A stretch of 64,000 nt of DNA from Macrostomum lignano. Its lineage: Eukaryota. Numbering within the stretch: position 1 is the stretch's first letter; each line of letters starts with the position of its first letter. Below are positions 11,658-25,661 of this stretch, piece by piece. The stretch spans positions 248,001 to 312,000 of the forward strand of contig NIVC01001008.1 of NCBI GenBank assembly GCA_002269645.1. Reading direction: 5' to 3'. The position numbers and the translations under genes are program-made. The notes under the pieces are model-generated. The model had not been told where the DNA came from. It made no database searches and saw only the letters and a list, made by a program, of their open reading frames with translations.

Positions 11658-13269
11658 GCCGCAACAACCACACCTCAGCACGCACCACCACCCAACCAAT
11701 GGCTACTCTCGACTAACCATGGTCAACACTTGCGAGGCTCGCACAAACCGGTGGTTCAAATATATAATTAAAACAGGAAAAATATTCGTTAGGGCTTTGG
11801 GCTCCATGGGAGCAACGCTTTCGGCGACATTGTCCCACAACTAGCGCTGACGGAGCACATGCCAGCCCGCCAATACTGTACGCAGGCACGGTACACAGGG
11901 TGTACAGCGGCCCTTGGACTTTCTAATCGTCAAGCATGTACACTGCCTGTGTCTTGGGGGTACAACCCCCGCCCAATTCTTCATGCACCAGCCCTAAATG
12001 AATTTGTCCCGAATCGAAAAAGGGTCGATGTGTAGAGTCAGACGGTTTGATTATTTGCTCTGCTCTGTCCCTGCCTTGATGCATGCAGCTACCGTCAATC
12101 AATTTCTCTGGTGAATACTCCTAGAGAATACGTCGAGTCTGTATTGAAAAAGAAAACGTATTGCTGGTATTTACGAGCGTACGTGTTTATATTGCGGCTT
12201 CAAACACAGTGCGTGCATGGAAGTGTCGCATTTTTCTACTCGGGAGTGGATGGGGTGACAAACTGTGGCAACTCAACGATGACGCTGTCCATTATTTATC
12301 ATGGAGGCCTAAGCAGTTCTGCTGGCCAAATCATAATGATGGCAGCTTAGCTCTGTCCCTCCCTCTCTCTCTTGCTCACCGAGGGAATTCTAGCTGCTTC
12401 CCGGCGCTTTGGGAATTGGAGTTGCAACGCTGGCTTGAGCTAATGAAAGTTTCAACAACCCGGGACGGCCTGAAATCCTCCTCCCCCGATCCCAGCAGCG
12501 CAGAAGTCACTAATCCCCCGCGAGACAAGGAGAGGATTAAGCGATTAGCAATCCATCAAGGCATTTCTCTATCTATGCACTGCGCTCGAATTGATGAAGT
12601 CAATGCATTCACCTCAATAATCTTTTAAGTTGGCTGGGGACAGGTGGATAGGCGAGACTTTCGGATTATTTCGCGAGCCATTCTGAAAGCCGGATGACTC
12701 TTCGGAGCATTTTCGAATTGCCGTACCTGTCAGAGCATTCGGTCAGCAGTCAGAATAGCATGGAAAAGTTTTCCATAAAGTTGATGAAGCAAGACGCAAA
12801 CTTGGAGATTGATTCTCGAGCATGATCGGATCGCTTTACTAATCCGAACTCTCTTTGACGTCATCGGTTCGATCAATTGCATTGTCCTCAAAACAGTCAC
12901 TCAATTTTTTTGTCAGGCTGGGTGTGAAAAAATAGTCGCAAAAATGTCTCACTGGTTGCCAAGGCCTATGTGGACTAAGCGCAAAGTTGTCACAGGTAAG
13001 AATTTTACTATCAAACGATGAATGATGAATCCATGGCGGGTGTGCTTACTGTAACTCAATTTTTAAGCAGCTCAATGAGTGAACATGCAGAGTAGTGAAG
13101 ACAAAGTAAGTCCGTGACAACAACAACTGAGTAAGGTTATTTCAAATAAGTAGAGCTGAGTTAATAAGGAGCTGACCTTGTTAAGGTAGATTTCAAAGCA
13201 AAGGGAAGGATACAAAGAGTACGGAAAGACGCAAAGACAGTCATAAATTAACACAGAATCATAGTTAGC

Positions 13270-13684
<415 letters not shown>

Positions 13685-14149
13685 GCATGGTGACTAAGAA
13701 CATTTTATTGGCATAAAAATCATTTGCTCAGGGTGCGCATTACAAAATCGCCAACAGAGGTGTTGAGTAGTGCGAGCGGTCAAGGGTGGAGCGGGCAGTG
13801 CTGCTCAAACAGAGCAGTCCCCGCCGCGTGGCCGCCCCGGTGTTTGCAGACGAGGCCCGGGCGAGGGTGCGAATTGATGCGTTCGGGATTAGCGAGGCTC
13901 ATTCGCGGCACTTCATCCGCAACTCGTCCCGGGCGCTCAAGTGTGAAAGGGAGACCCCCCCCCCGGGCCCAAATCTCGTTCTGTTTAAGCTCACACAAAT
14001 GAGTATAATAAGCGTGTGAGGGGAGGGGCAATGACCGACACACTGTTTGGCTAAGAGCTCCCTGGCCACCGCGAGAGAGTGAGAACAGGCAAATAGGGCA
14101 GGCAGGGTTGGTCGGTAGCTCTTTAAGTGAGAGTGACGACGGTCAGGAA

Positions 14150-14185
14150 GGGCCCGGATTGGCCAAGGCTGATTGGGCCATTCTG
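14150..14185 (+). promoter_or_regulatory. Candidate proximal promoter of cpo with two inverted CCAAT boxes
   Basis: GATTGGCC and GATTGGGC about 270 bp upstream of the ATG in a CpG-rich region; motif match only, TSS unknown. Confidence 0.3.
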
Positions 14186-14439
14186 TGCAGGGGGGGGGGC
14201 AATTTAGATTCATCTGGTTAGAGGGAAAAGCTTCAGAGAGGGAGGTGGCTTGCTTGCTACTCTGCTTCTAGTTCTCACCTTTTATTCGTTTGCAAACAGA
14301 CGTCGGACGCAGAGCTTCTGTCTTCTCCCATTGACCAGCGGCCGATCAGCATTCGTCCTAACATTGACTAATAGCTCGCGAGCTACAGGTTTTTCAATAA
14401 TCAAACAAACGGGTAAAAAAAGACAATTCAGCAGCAAGT

Positions 14440-14532
14440 ATGATGGTCTCGCCGGGAACTCTGAATAGTGAGAATGGAATGACGCTCAGCCAGAGCATGG
14501 ACAGCGTGAACACCTGCGGCGGCGAAGAAGAG
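14440..14532 (+). CDS. cpo: couch potato/RBPMS/MEC-8 family RRM protein, coding exon 1
   Basis: MMVSPGTLNSENGMTLSQSMDSVNTCGGEEE, matching the LSQSMDSVNT..EEE motif that precedes the cpo RRM; donor GAG|gtgaga, phase 0. Missed by the ORF track. Confidence 0.88.
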
Positions 14533-17500
14533 GTGAGAAAGGCTGTTATTGAGGCAAAATCAGCTGTACATCCTGTATGAGCGTTTGTGTGCTCAGAATA
14601 ACCGCTTGTCTCATCTTGGCTCATCTTGCCTGAGCGACGCGCAGAACCGCCACTAGGGCTCTGAATTGTTCTCCCGTGAGGCATGTAAAATTTTATGTCA
14701 TGCTACGAGTTTAGAAGGGCTTCAACCCTTTCCCCTGATTGATGAGTCATCACTTCAGTTTGGGACGAAGCTCAGTTTTTCGGTCTTAGTTTGCGGATTA
14801 AATATCAAACTTACCAGGCCGATTCCAGTCCATTAGCCTTGCCACTCTTACATTACTTTGTTGTCGCTCGGGTCTGAAGTGACAGCTATGCAGTGTGTGT
14901 GTCTTGCTCCCCAGTCACTCAGTGCGCTCCCCAACAGCACCTCCAGCTGGGAGGCGAGACATTTTGGGATAGAGTTGTATAGGGCAAGGCAGGGCACAAA
15001 GAGCTGGCGGTGGCAACATCTTCCAGGCAGGCCGGGGAACAACAGACAGGCAGGGAGTGCTCAAAAACTCCGTGGCATTATTAAGGGGAAAGAGAGAATT
15101 TCTGCAATTGTACGACAGAGAACAATTGTCACGCTTTCCTTTTAGGGCCAGACCTTGTGCTCAACTCTCTCTATTTTGTCCACACTTCCCTCCGTGTCCA
15201 CGGGACAAGCTCAGCGCGCCCCTTATAGCCAGCAACTCCGCTCTCAACTTTCAAGGGCATATGCGCGCAAAAATATTCATAATGCAAGCATAAGATAAAA
15301 AGCAACATATATGTATACATGGATATATATGAATCATAACCAAGCTCTACGCTAAGCTTCTCTCTCTCTCTCTTCACGGCGCCATTGCCATTCTTCTTTT
15401 CCCTTCCACTCCAAACCCATTCTCGGTCAGTCCGCACTCGCGACACTCCACCTACTTCCGCTTGTGCCGCCGCTGCCGCAGAATGAGCGCATTAAGCCAG
15501 GCAAAGCTCCCAGGTGAACCCGCCAGTAAATAGGATTAATTGATGGTTAGCAATTGGTTTTAGCGTCAATTTGGTGCACTGATTTTGTAATGAAGTAAAT
15601 CTTGTCGACCAATCTGCGCTACCAGTGTGTGTAGCTCGTATAGACTATAGGCTCGGAACCGATTCTTTAACTGACATTCTCGCCCAGACCAGCAGCCAGC
15701 TGAAGAAAATTGGCACGCTTATTGATGGAGAATGGAACCAAAAGAAAAAAATTAGGCAGAAGAGAGCAGCAGCTCAGTGTGGAAATGCGCCACGGCAGCG
15801 GCGGTCTCCGCCCACTCCCCCCCCCATCAGTCCCGTCTTCCCCCCGCCTGTCTTCGGCTGAGCACAGGAGGCCCCCTCCTTGGTCGGCAGGATTGCGGAG
15901 TGAGGCGGCTGGATGCATAATTGAACAGCAGCAGCCCGGGGAATCCCGCGTCACCTATGCGCCAGGCCCGACGGGCTCTTCAACCTCATCGCCCAGCCAC
16001 CCCCCCTGGCTATGCCCTGTACTCGGCACACTCCCGCCGTGTCGGAACAGCTGCGGAGTTTGTCCCCCATATTCGAATTCGGATCTTTCTTCTGGCCGCA
16101 CTGGCTGTCTGCTCACCCGCCTTCGCTCTCTACTTCCCAGCCTCTCCCGGTCCCTCCGCGCCCCCATTCAATGCTTTCTCCTCCCCGGCTCAGGTCCTGT
16201 CGCCGGCGTCTCTTCCCAACCAACCCCCTTCTGCTCTTCCCACCTCCTCGTGTGCTCGGGCTCGGAACGGATGAGGCTAGAAGGGGCTGTGTGGGATTCT
16301 TTTTCTTTTAGCAGGATCCCCTCCTCCTGTCTGCCCGGCAGCGTAGACCTGGGCAGCCGGCGTCTTCTCCCCCTGTCTCTCTCTCTCAGACCTGAGCGTG
16401 CAAGTCAAACACATCACTGACGGCACGATAATTCGAATAGACTCAAATAATGCGCCCATTACCGACGGACATCAACAGGAGGAAAAGGGGGCGCATCAAT
16501 CGAGGGGAAGATAGGTAGTTTTCCCCGTCGCCATCCTGTCAGTGAAGCTGAGCTTCATCTGGCTCAATCCTCTTTAAACTGAAATCTGTATTTGCTTTCG
16601 ACTAGGGTAGTGCAGAGCAAACACACCGAGTACTGCAAGCACCGGTTTACCTTCTCTCAAATTTGCAGCTCGAGAGGCACGCCCGTGCCATCATGCTTCT
16701 CAACTGAGTATAGTTGATGCGGGAGATCTGCTTCCCTTTTCTTTATCTCTTCCTTCTATCTCCTTGATTTTCTTTCATCCATTTTTTTCCTGCCCGGCCG
16801 GCCCCACCTGGAGTTAATGAGGCGAGCTCCCCGATCAATAGGCGAAAAAAATGACCATCGATCGTCCTCCCTTTGGCTTCCCCTTTCGCCTGCTTGGATG
16901 CGCAGTCTCGCGTCCTCTATTCCCGCTCCGCTTATAAGCTGAGCTGTGTCGCGATGGCTTAACAATGACGCTGCTAATGATGCTTCGATCGCGTCTCTAA
17001 TGATGCTTCGATCCCGGGGCATATCAGCTTTCCTCGCCTATACATGCAGCTGCTGAATCTCGGCTGCTCCCCTCCATCCCCGATGACAACCCCGGGATGA
17101 GGAGGGCGTGGTGTGGAATCCCCCCCGAGCTCAGCTGCACCTTTAGAGCAGCTCGTCAGTGCATTCAGTGTCGTCTCTTCGACACCCACTGGGCCCGGCA
17201 AAGGTCTCCCCGTCTCAAGTATCGGCAACTGTCTCCATTTTCTACCTAAGCGCACCGACACGCACTGCCGGGCACTGAAGGCATCGACAAGAAGCGAATG
17301 TCGTTGGAACGAACAAAGTTTTAGTGTGTCCGCCTTTACACTCTTCTTACCTGAGGGCTTCTCATTTCGCCGTTTTCATCCGCCCCTGCCCCTCCTCCTC
17401 CCGCCCATCCTCGAGGGGATGCGAGCTTCCTAAGTCGTCTCTTGTCTCAATATTCCTTCGCATCCTCCTCGGTCCAGCCTCTCTCCCTCATCTCTCGCTT

Positions 17501-17954
17501 CTTCTTCACTAGCGCCACCTTGCCCCCCACCCTCACGTCCTCTCCCCGTCCCCCGAAGCAAGGCGAAGGGAGCGAGCCCGGAATTTTTACGGAGCCGCGC
17601 GGGGCCGCGAGGGGGAGGAGGCAGGCAAACGATGAGGCCCGGGCAGACGAAGAAATAGGAGAAGAAGAATTTCCTTTCAAAGCTTCTTCTTTTGAGCATC
17701 TCTTTGTGCTCAACTCGCATTCGCTGATGCTCCTCTATCTCTGCCTCTCTCTCTTTCTCTTTATGTTTATCAAACTTGTTTCCAATCACTAATGAGCGTG
17801 AGTTGCCATGCCAACTTTGTCAAATCGTTTGCAGCTGGATTTATTTGATGATTATGACTGTCATTTTTTGTCTTGTTGTCGCTATAAAGTGACCGAGGGC
17901 TTCTGATCATTTCGGGTCTTCTTTTAGAACACTGGCGACTAATTAGGCAATCTG

Positions 17955-18116
17955 ATGACTATCTTGGCACCCTAATGACTAATTTCGCACCCTAATGACT
18001 AATTTGGCACCCTAATGACTAATTTCACACCCTGATGACTAATTTAGCACTCCGATGACTAATTTGGCACCCCGATGACTAATTTGGCACCCCGATGACT
18101 AATTGGGCACCCCAAT
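17955..18116. repeat. 20-bp minisatellite, about 8 copies, cpo intron 1
   Basis: Unit GGCACCCYRATGACTAATTT. Confidence 0.92.
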
Positions 18117-18787
18117 GAGATACAAAAACTCGCGAAAGCACACCAGAGCTCAGGATTTGCAAGCGCAAGATTCCATATTAACTAGCCATCATAGTCAATC
18201 TCTGCTGTTAGGAGTGCCGCCCCTAAGTCTGCAACTTCTCGAGGGCTGGCGTGGAATAAATAAGGCGACACAGAATCCCGCTAATAAGCCAAGCCAAGCG
18301 CAGCAAGGCGGGACACTTGTGCTGCTATAGAAATTCATTTTTTACCTTCATCATCGGCAATGGCTATGTGTAGTGGCTTCTTTTTTCTGCTTGAAGTGCC
18401 CTCGGGCCCGCCGCCGCGCAGCCGCAGCCTCAGGAAACGAAACAAGAGCAGACAACAAGAGGGTTAGTAGATGAAGGGAGAGAATAAACGGGAGGCTGCA
18501 AATCCGGGGGGGTTGGCCTGGGATGAGTGGAAGGAATTAGGAAGTTAGAGTCCCCTCGCAACTCTGCATCGTTCCGGCTTTTGGGATGCGACGGCTCAGG
18601 AGCTTCAAAAACTGCCGGGTGCATGTTCCTCTTTTACCGATAGTAGCTGCTGCTTCTCTGCTAATGTCTGAATTGGTGATTGCTAACAGCCTGACTGGCT
18701 GGCTCGCTCTCTCTCTCTCTCTCTCTCTCTTTCTCATCATGAGTTTGAAAATGTCTTTGTAGGTATCAGTAAGTGGTTTTATTGGTC

Positions 18788-19701
18788 TCTAATCTGATAC
18801 CAGCGTACAGCTAGATCTCTGATCTCATACAGATAGATGAGATCTCTGATCTCATACAGCTAGATCTCTGATCTGATCCAGCTAGATATCTGATCTGATA
18901 CAGCTAGATCTCTGATCTGATACAGCTAGATCTCAGATCTGATACAGCTAGATCTCTGATCTGATACAGCTAGATCTCTGATCTCATACAGCTAGATTTC
19001 AAATCTGATACGGCTAGATCTCTGATCTGATACAGCTAGATCTCAGATCTCATACAGATAGATCTCTGATCTGATACAGCTAGATCTCTGATCTCAACAG
19101 CTAGATCTCTGATCTCAACAGCTAGATCTCAGATCTGATACAGCTAGATCTCAGATCTCAGATCTGATACAGCTAGATCTCAGGTCTCAGATCTGATACA
19201 GCTAGATCTCAGATCTGATACAGCTAGATCTCAGATCTGATACAGCTAGATCTCAGATCTGATACAGCTAGATCTCAGATCTGATACAGCTAGATCTCAG
19301 ATCTCTGATCTGATACAGCTAGATCTCTGATCTGATACAGCTAGATCTCTGATCTCAACAGCTAGATCTCAGATCTGATACAGCTAGATCTCAGATCTCA
19401 GATCTGATACAGCTAGATCTCAGGTCTCAGATCTGATACAGCTAGATCTCAGATCTCAGATCTGATACAGCTAGATCTCAGATCTCTGATCTGATACGGC
19501 TAGATCTCAGATCTCAGATCTGATACAGCTAGATCTCAGATCTCTGATCTGATACGGCTAGATCTCTGATCTGCTACAGCTAGATCTCTGATCTCAACAG
19601 CTAGATCTCAGATCTGATACAGCTAAATCTCAGATCTCTGATCTGATACGGCTAGATCTCTGATCTCATACAGATAGATCTCTGATCTGATACAGCTAGA
19701 T
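18788..19701. repeat. 22/29-bp AGATCT-rich minisatellite, cpo intron 1
   Basis: Unit CAGCTAGATCTCWGATCTGATA with optional 7-bp CTCAGAT insertions. Confidence 0.95.
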
Positions 19702-22700
19702 GGCTACTGCTGCAATTCCAGATGAACACACGCGGGCAAGATGAGGCAAAGTCGGACAGAATCCGAAACGAACAGGCAGGGGAGCACCGAAATGGAGGGC
19801 AGAGCTGCCTAATATTTCTAATGAGATGTGCAGGTCCCCTCCCCCCTGTCGCTCTCTCTCTCTCTCTCTCTCTCTCCGCTGATGGATTTATGTTGCCGAT
19901 CGTAAATTGCATAGTGAGAGCCGGCGGTCTGCAGCTCCGCCCTTCAGCGAGGGCGGGGGCTTGGGAAATTCTCTCACCAGATTACCGCAGACCCCACAGC
20001 CCTGTCCCGGCCGTTAAAGCCGAAATAGAAACAGCTTGGACTGCTTTGTCAGGAGCAAGCCGAGACCTTCTTTCTACCGTTCTCTCCTTTAGCTGTCTCC
20101 CTCCTTAGGCTGTCCAAGCCAGTTGAAATTTCAGGTCTCACCCCTGCCCCCTCCTCCCTCAATTGCTGACAGCGCCGACTCTGCGGAGTCCGGTTTCGGC
20201 GGCCCTCCTTCCTGTCTGCGCTCCCACCGCTGCCCCCCCTCTTAGCTGAACGATTCCCAAATTTTCCTGCCCAATGCATTTTTGGCCTCTTCTATTTTCA
20301 CTCACTCGCAAGCCTGCCCAACCCCTTTACCAACCTACTCTTCGGCCAGAAAGTATCGACTCTCTCTCTCCGCAGTCTGGTCTCGACCTCTTCCTTTAAT
20401 GCAGGCCAGCGCGACTGACTGAGGGACTGCATGCATGCGGAGAGAGCATATAGTGAATTGCCAGCCCAGCTATAAGATGTTGCCATTTTTAACTCTCTCT
20501 CCCACACTTTCTCTCTCTCTCTCACTCTCTCACTCTCTCTCTCTCTCTCACTCTCTCTTTCTCCTGTCCTCTTCACTTTCCTTCAACAACGGCGTGCGGT
20601 GTGCGAAACACATTCTTTATTCTTGCAAATTGAGAATCCGCCCGTGAGTCAGCAAATAATACCATGCAGTTTGTATAGGAGTTGTTAGTTACTCGTATCT
20701 AAAGGAGTTGAGCGTGTTACAACTTTATTAATTGTATTATTCCTGCCATCTTCAATGTGTGCAGGCGGGGATGAATATAAGACAGATAGAAAGCCGCTAT
20801 AAATGGGAGCGGGGAGTAAGAATGACCTGTTGATTGACATTGGAGAGAATTCCGTCTTTCTTATGCTGATTCTCAACTGTGAAGCTTCTAGCCTTGGTCG
20901 AGATAGACTTAGAGTCCCCAGTCTCTCTCTCTCTACACTCTATTGACATATTCGGTGGCTGGGGATTGAGTAATTGAATTTGCGTGTTTAATCTGATTAA
21001 ATCTTGGGTGAAGCTGGGCGCATGGCTGGATGAGGAGCTACGGTGCTCCGCGTCCTTGAGACGTTTAGCGTCATCTCTGCTGCTGTGCCCGGACTCTGTC
21101 TCGCCCTCCCATCTTTTCCACCGGCTTTCGGTCGCCTTTAGGGAACCACTCGGTGCGGCTAAGCCAATTTGTATTGACCGACTTGGCTGTCGACGTGATC
21201 ATATTTTGTACGGCATGCAGGGGAACTATCAAAAGTTGTCTTGGAGAGTTGCTTCCATCGCTGGTTGCTGCTGTAGTATCAGCTCCTAGCAGTGCTGCTT
21301 CTTGACTTCATTTTGCAGCCCCCCCCTTCCCAGGGGGAGATGCGGCGCGGCCCACGCCTGTTTCTGGTAGAAAACAAAGTTTGCAAACTCAATAGTTCCA
21401 GCGTCTCTGCGTCAGACTGAACTGCACATTACAGATGGCTGCTTCGGATTCATTGCTACTTTTTTACATCTATGTGCTGTATTATGCTTCATCGTCTCTT
21501 TATTGACGAGTGGCAGACCTCCCAGCCTCCGCGCGACAATATGTAGGCTATTATTTCGGTTAAGAATTCACACACACTCTCGCTGCCTTGGATGGGGAGG
21601 GGCGCCTGGGCTGCACTACAGAATAAGTTGTTATTATTGGTGAGTGTGTAATCGCTGCAGTTTCCACGAAAAATGAGTATGATCTGGGTGGGGGGGGGGG
21701 CAAAGGCCTGTGCTCGGGGCAGCTTTGAGTGACAGGCCAGAGAAGCGACATGGTCAGGAAATAGCTTTGAGTAGCAATTGTAACAAGAGGGCAGTGCACT
21801 GAGGACAACGAGGCAGTTGCAGAGATTCATCTGATGTTTGCTTAAAAACTGCACATAATATTGTGTCTTTCTGAACATATCGCTTTTAAATGATTTCCCT
21901 AACTCTGCAGACACAGAATGATGACTAAGGGGAGAGAAGAGAGGGAATAGAGAAGAGAGATGGGAGAAGGGAAAAGCGAGGGAATAAAGAATATTTTATT
22001 TGAAGATTTCAAGCGCACCCATGCATCTCTAAGAACTGGAAATATTTACTCTAAAAATCTGGATTTGTTGTTTAATTTGAATTCATTCTCCGTCATGCTC
22101 TCGTACCCAGCTTCTTGCATTCTCCATCATACCCAGCTTCTTGCCCGAAAGCCCAGAATTCAATAAGAACTGGTGCGCAGGTGCGCCAGAGGGAGAGAGG
22201 GGCAGGCAGTGCTGCTGCTGATTAAAAGCAAATGAGACTGCCGGCATATTGCTAACAAAAATCAATACAGCCAGGCCTGAGTAGAATCCAAGTCTCTCTC
22301 TACCCGCCACGCTGATGGCTTTGTTTTCCAAGAATTTCCAGCTGCCAAAGTAAGGAATGGTTTTATACTGGCGTAAAAACTGCATGGGCACTCCTAAAAT
22401 CCTGCTCAATACCTCTCTCTCTCTGTGTGTTCTGCCTGAGACTTGATTACTACTCAAGCTCAGGTGGAGAGGAGGCCGAGATGCCACAGGAGTAGGTACG
22501 CAAGGTAGCATTTTCATGGAAATTCTTCAGTGTGTGGCGGCGTCAAAGGCCGCAAATAAATCAAAGTTAAGAATGCACGGAGAGAGATAAGTTTAGATAA
22601 ATAATGCAAGCGAAAGTTGCTAACAGCATGTTTGCAATAGTATTGGTAAGAATTTCGATCGCCATGAAGGCCACAGGCCTTACAGTCGCAGTGCCCAGCG

Positions 22701-24051
22701 TATTGTGGGGCAGCAGCTGTTGCCATCCCGTGTGTTTATTGCAATTTCCCCACTGCGCTCCCCTCCCCAGTGTTTCTGCTATTTTATATTTTCCTCAGTT
22801 TTCCTTCTCCCTTCTGCTCGAGTGAGTCAGGTGTGAAAAACCGCTGCCCCTAGCCAGGTCAGGTGTAACAAAAATTCAGGAATATAAAGCGCATATGTAA
22901 AAATGGAAAAAAATTAACGCTAAGGAATTTTAGAAAAAATCGGGCTGGAAGGTGTGCTAGCTTTAGTTGCTTTCACTTTTCCTTTGGGTCGCAACAGGCC
23001 CAGGCCTGGCCCAAGGCCCACCCAGGACCGGATGTTGCTGCTTCAGCGACTTTGATTGCCCCCCCCCTCTGTTCAACTAACTCCCCGTGGGCTCATAATA
23101 ATTTTATTAGACAGGTAAACTAAATATTACATTGCTTAGTAAAAGGTTTAACCGTTGTTTAGCGAGGGCTCGCTTCCTGGTGTATCAAAATTCAATCCCT
23201 GACTGCGATTCCATATTTTGGTAGAGAGAACTAAGGGGGGGTCAGGCAGAGACGGAGAAAGAGAGAAGCCGAACTCTATAATTTGAATATTTTAGCTTTC
23301 TCAACACTTTCCATTCGTGTATTTGCAAACAAAAAAACAAGTTTCTAAGACAGGTGAATCAAGGTCTAAGCGTACTACAAATCATGCATAAGACACTCTT
23401 GTAGAGCTTAGGGCCTGCAGCACACGAAGCTGTTTATCCAGACTTGAAATGTATCGACTTTCTACAAAATGTAACTGACTACTTTGGTATGATTGAATCC
23501 GATACATGATGCGTCAATTGGTTATACACAGGACACTAGACTGCAAGCAACTCTTTGCCTAACTTGAGCAGTTCCACTTTGAATATTTAGCTCGTATGAT
23601 GAAAACAGTCTCTGCTTAAAGCATTGCATACATGCCGACATTCTCGTAGGCACACAGCAGGCAAACACAAAGTTCGAAGAGTTTTAGCAAATGGCGCAAA
23701 AATCTGGCTAAAACAGTAATTAGCCATGCGAATCCGAACACCTCCTTTTCTTCTTGTCTGCTTTGCCTTTTCTGTCCCGCGCTCTGCACAACCAGTCAGC
23801 TAGTGAGAAAATGACGCAGGCTAGATTCTCAGGCCCGAACAGGTGCTCCAGTTCCGTCTCAGCTAGGGCTTGGGACCCGGGGTGTCAGGTGTCCGCTAAA
23901 GCCCTAATAGAAGCAATAGAACTTTCTTTAGTCATTGCTTGTTTTTGCCAAGCCTCGTTGCAGCGCTGCTTCAAAGTCAAAGCGCTAGCAAGCAGGAGGC
24001 ATGTGACTTAACCCTTGATCCAGTCTTTGCCCCCAACCTACGACGTTGCAG

Positions 24052-24129
24052 GTTCGAACTCTGTTTGTCAGCGGGCTACCGATGGACACAAAGCAGCGAG
24101 AGCTCTACCTGTTGTTCCGCGGATTCAAG
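24052..24129 (+). CDS. cpo: cpo exon 2 (RRM1, RNP2)
   Basis: ttgcag|[26 protein letters not shown]|gtgctt, phase 0-0. Confidence 0.96.
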
Positions 24130-24218
24130 GTGCTTTGAATTTATTTCTCACGATTTCTTAAGTTTGAACAGCCTATGACTTACTGACTTCAAGTGTTGTC
24201 TCCATGTCTCATCTGCAG

Positions 24219-24272
24219 GGCTACGAGACGTCGCTGCTGAAGGTGACTGGGAAGAATGGCAAGACAACTTCG
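24219..24272 (+). CDS. cpo: cpo exon 3
   Basis: ctgcag|GYETSLLKVTGKNGKTTS|gtaagt, phase 0-0. Confidence 0.95.
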
Positions 24273-24564
24273 GTAAGTCAGCTTATGAGATAAGTTCTCA
24301 TTAACGACGACAATGACTACACAGATCACGCTGTTACTACGCGTAGTGGTTTTGAATAAAATGATTGAAAACGTCCACAAGACAGTCTCAAGTTATAATA
24401 AAAAAGACGCAAACATGCACAGGCTTCCTTCAGAATGCACGAGTATGATGGTCAAGGCACCGTCAACTCACTGATAATTGAGACTCGCCAGTCCTTACTT
24501 CATCAGTGCGAAGCCATTAGCGCACAAAGAATATCGCGTCCCCCCCTTTGCCATCCCCTGCCAG

Positions 24565-24627
24565 CCCGTGGGCTTCGTGACTTTCAAAACTCGCTTGGAC
24601 GCCGAGCTGGCTAAAAAGGATCTCCAG
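24565..24627 (+). CDS. cpo: cpo exon 4 (RRM1, RNP1)
   Basis: ctgccag|PVGFVTFKTRLDAELAKKDLQ|gtgagg, phase 0-0. Confidence 0.96.
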
Positions 24628-25489
24628 GTGAGGCATTCTCTGTCCTTGATTGACATCCATCTTCCCCCCTCTATCGGCAATTTATTTGCATCTTGTTTTA
24701 GGCGTGACTCGCTGTCCATACTATGTCAGCCATTAATTGCTTTCGCATTGCTGACGCAGAAAACTTTCTTTTCTAGTCTGGGCCAGCTTAAGCAAAGGGG
24801 AGAGGCCTCGAGGCTCGGCAGGGAAAGTTGAGTCGATAAAATCGATAGCCCATCTCCTGCGGAGTTAGCCAGGCACGCAAGAGTGGGAAGGGGGGGTTAG
24901 GGGTCCAACTTAGCCCCGCGTTTTGAGTGGGCCAGCAGCCTTTCTCATCTTCCCCATCTCTGAATCTACCTATACTCTCCTGTCTGCTCTCAGATATGAT
25001 GCAGCCTACGGGGGATGCTGAAATGCCACAAGCGCACTCGAAACTGAGGCTCTCCTTCCAGACTGTCGATCTCCCGGACTAACCCCGACTCACTCCCTCT
25101 CCCTCTTCATCTTTCTTTCTTCCTGAGTCGTTTATTTTTCTTTCGTTCTCATCATCTTCGACGAGCGAAAGTTTAATTCTCGGAGCTTGAAAAAACACGC
25201 TCAAGATTTGACAACAGTTTCAAGAATGCAGTTTTCCCCAGTGCACCACTCCATCCTCTCAATCCCTCGGCATCTCCATTCTGCTTCACTGCACCCCAAC
25301 TCGGCTTCCTGGCTCAGCTTTGAGAAGCATTGGCTCCCCTTCTCAACTTCTGTGCGTCAGATTTAAAAAAAATTTACGTCAATTCTCAGCTGAACATGTG
25401 GGAGTGTTGTCTCTCATTTAGCTCAAGCTATAGCTGCTTGGCTGGCTTGAAACCAATGACAAAAACCGCATTGATCTTCACCACGCCAG

Positions 25490-25661
25490 GGCGTGAAATT
25501 CGACCTGGAGCTGCCGCAGACGCTGCGCCTCGAGTTTGCCAAGAGCAACACCAAGGTGACGAAGCCGAAGCTGCACAGTCCGCAGCAGGCAGCCGCAGCC
25601 GCTGCAGCTGCCGCCGCCGCCGCCGCTGCGCATCCAACTCTGCTGCACCCGCTGACTGGAT
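25490..25661 (+). CDS. cpo: cpo exon 5 (end of RRM1 and poly-Ala)
   Basis: gccag|[27 protein letters not shown]..poly-[12 protein letters not shown]|gtgagt, ends in phase 1. Confidence 0.96.

Noticed and set aside
15710-16420. 236-aa Pro/Ser-rich ORF in cpo intron 1
   Set aside because: Low-complexity GC/CT-rich DNA open in several frames, with no domain and no consistent splice path; more likely regulatory.
17430-17789. Minus-strand ORF beginning IGNKFD (GTPase NKxD-like)
   Set aside because: No other G-motifs; the charged sequence is the antisense reading of CT-rich intronic DNA.
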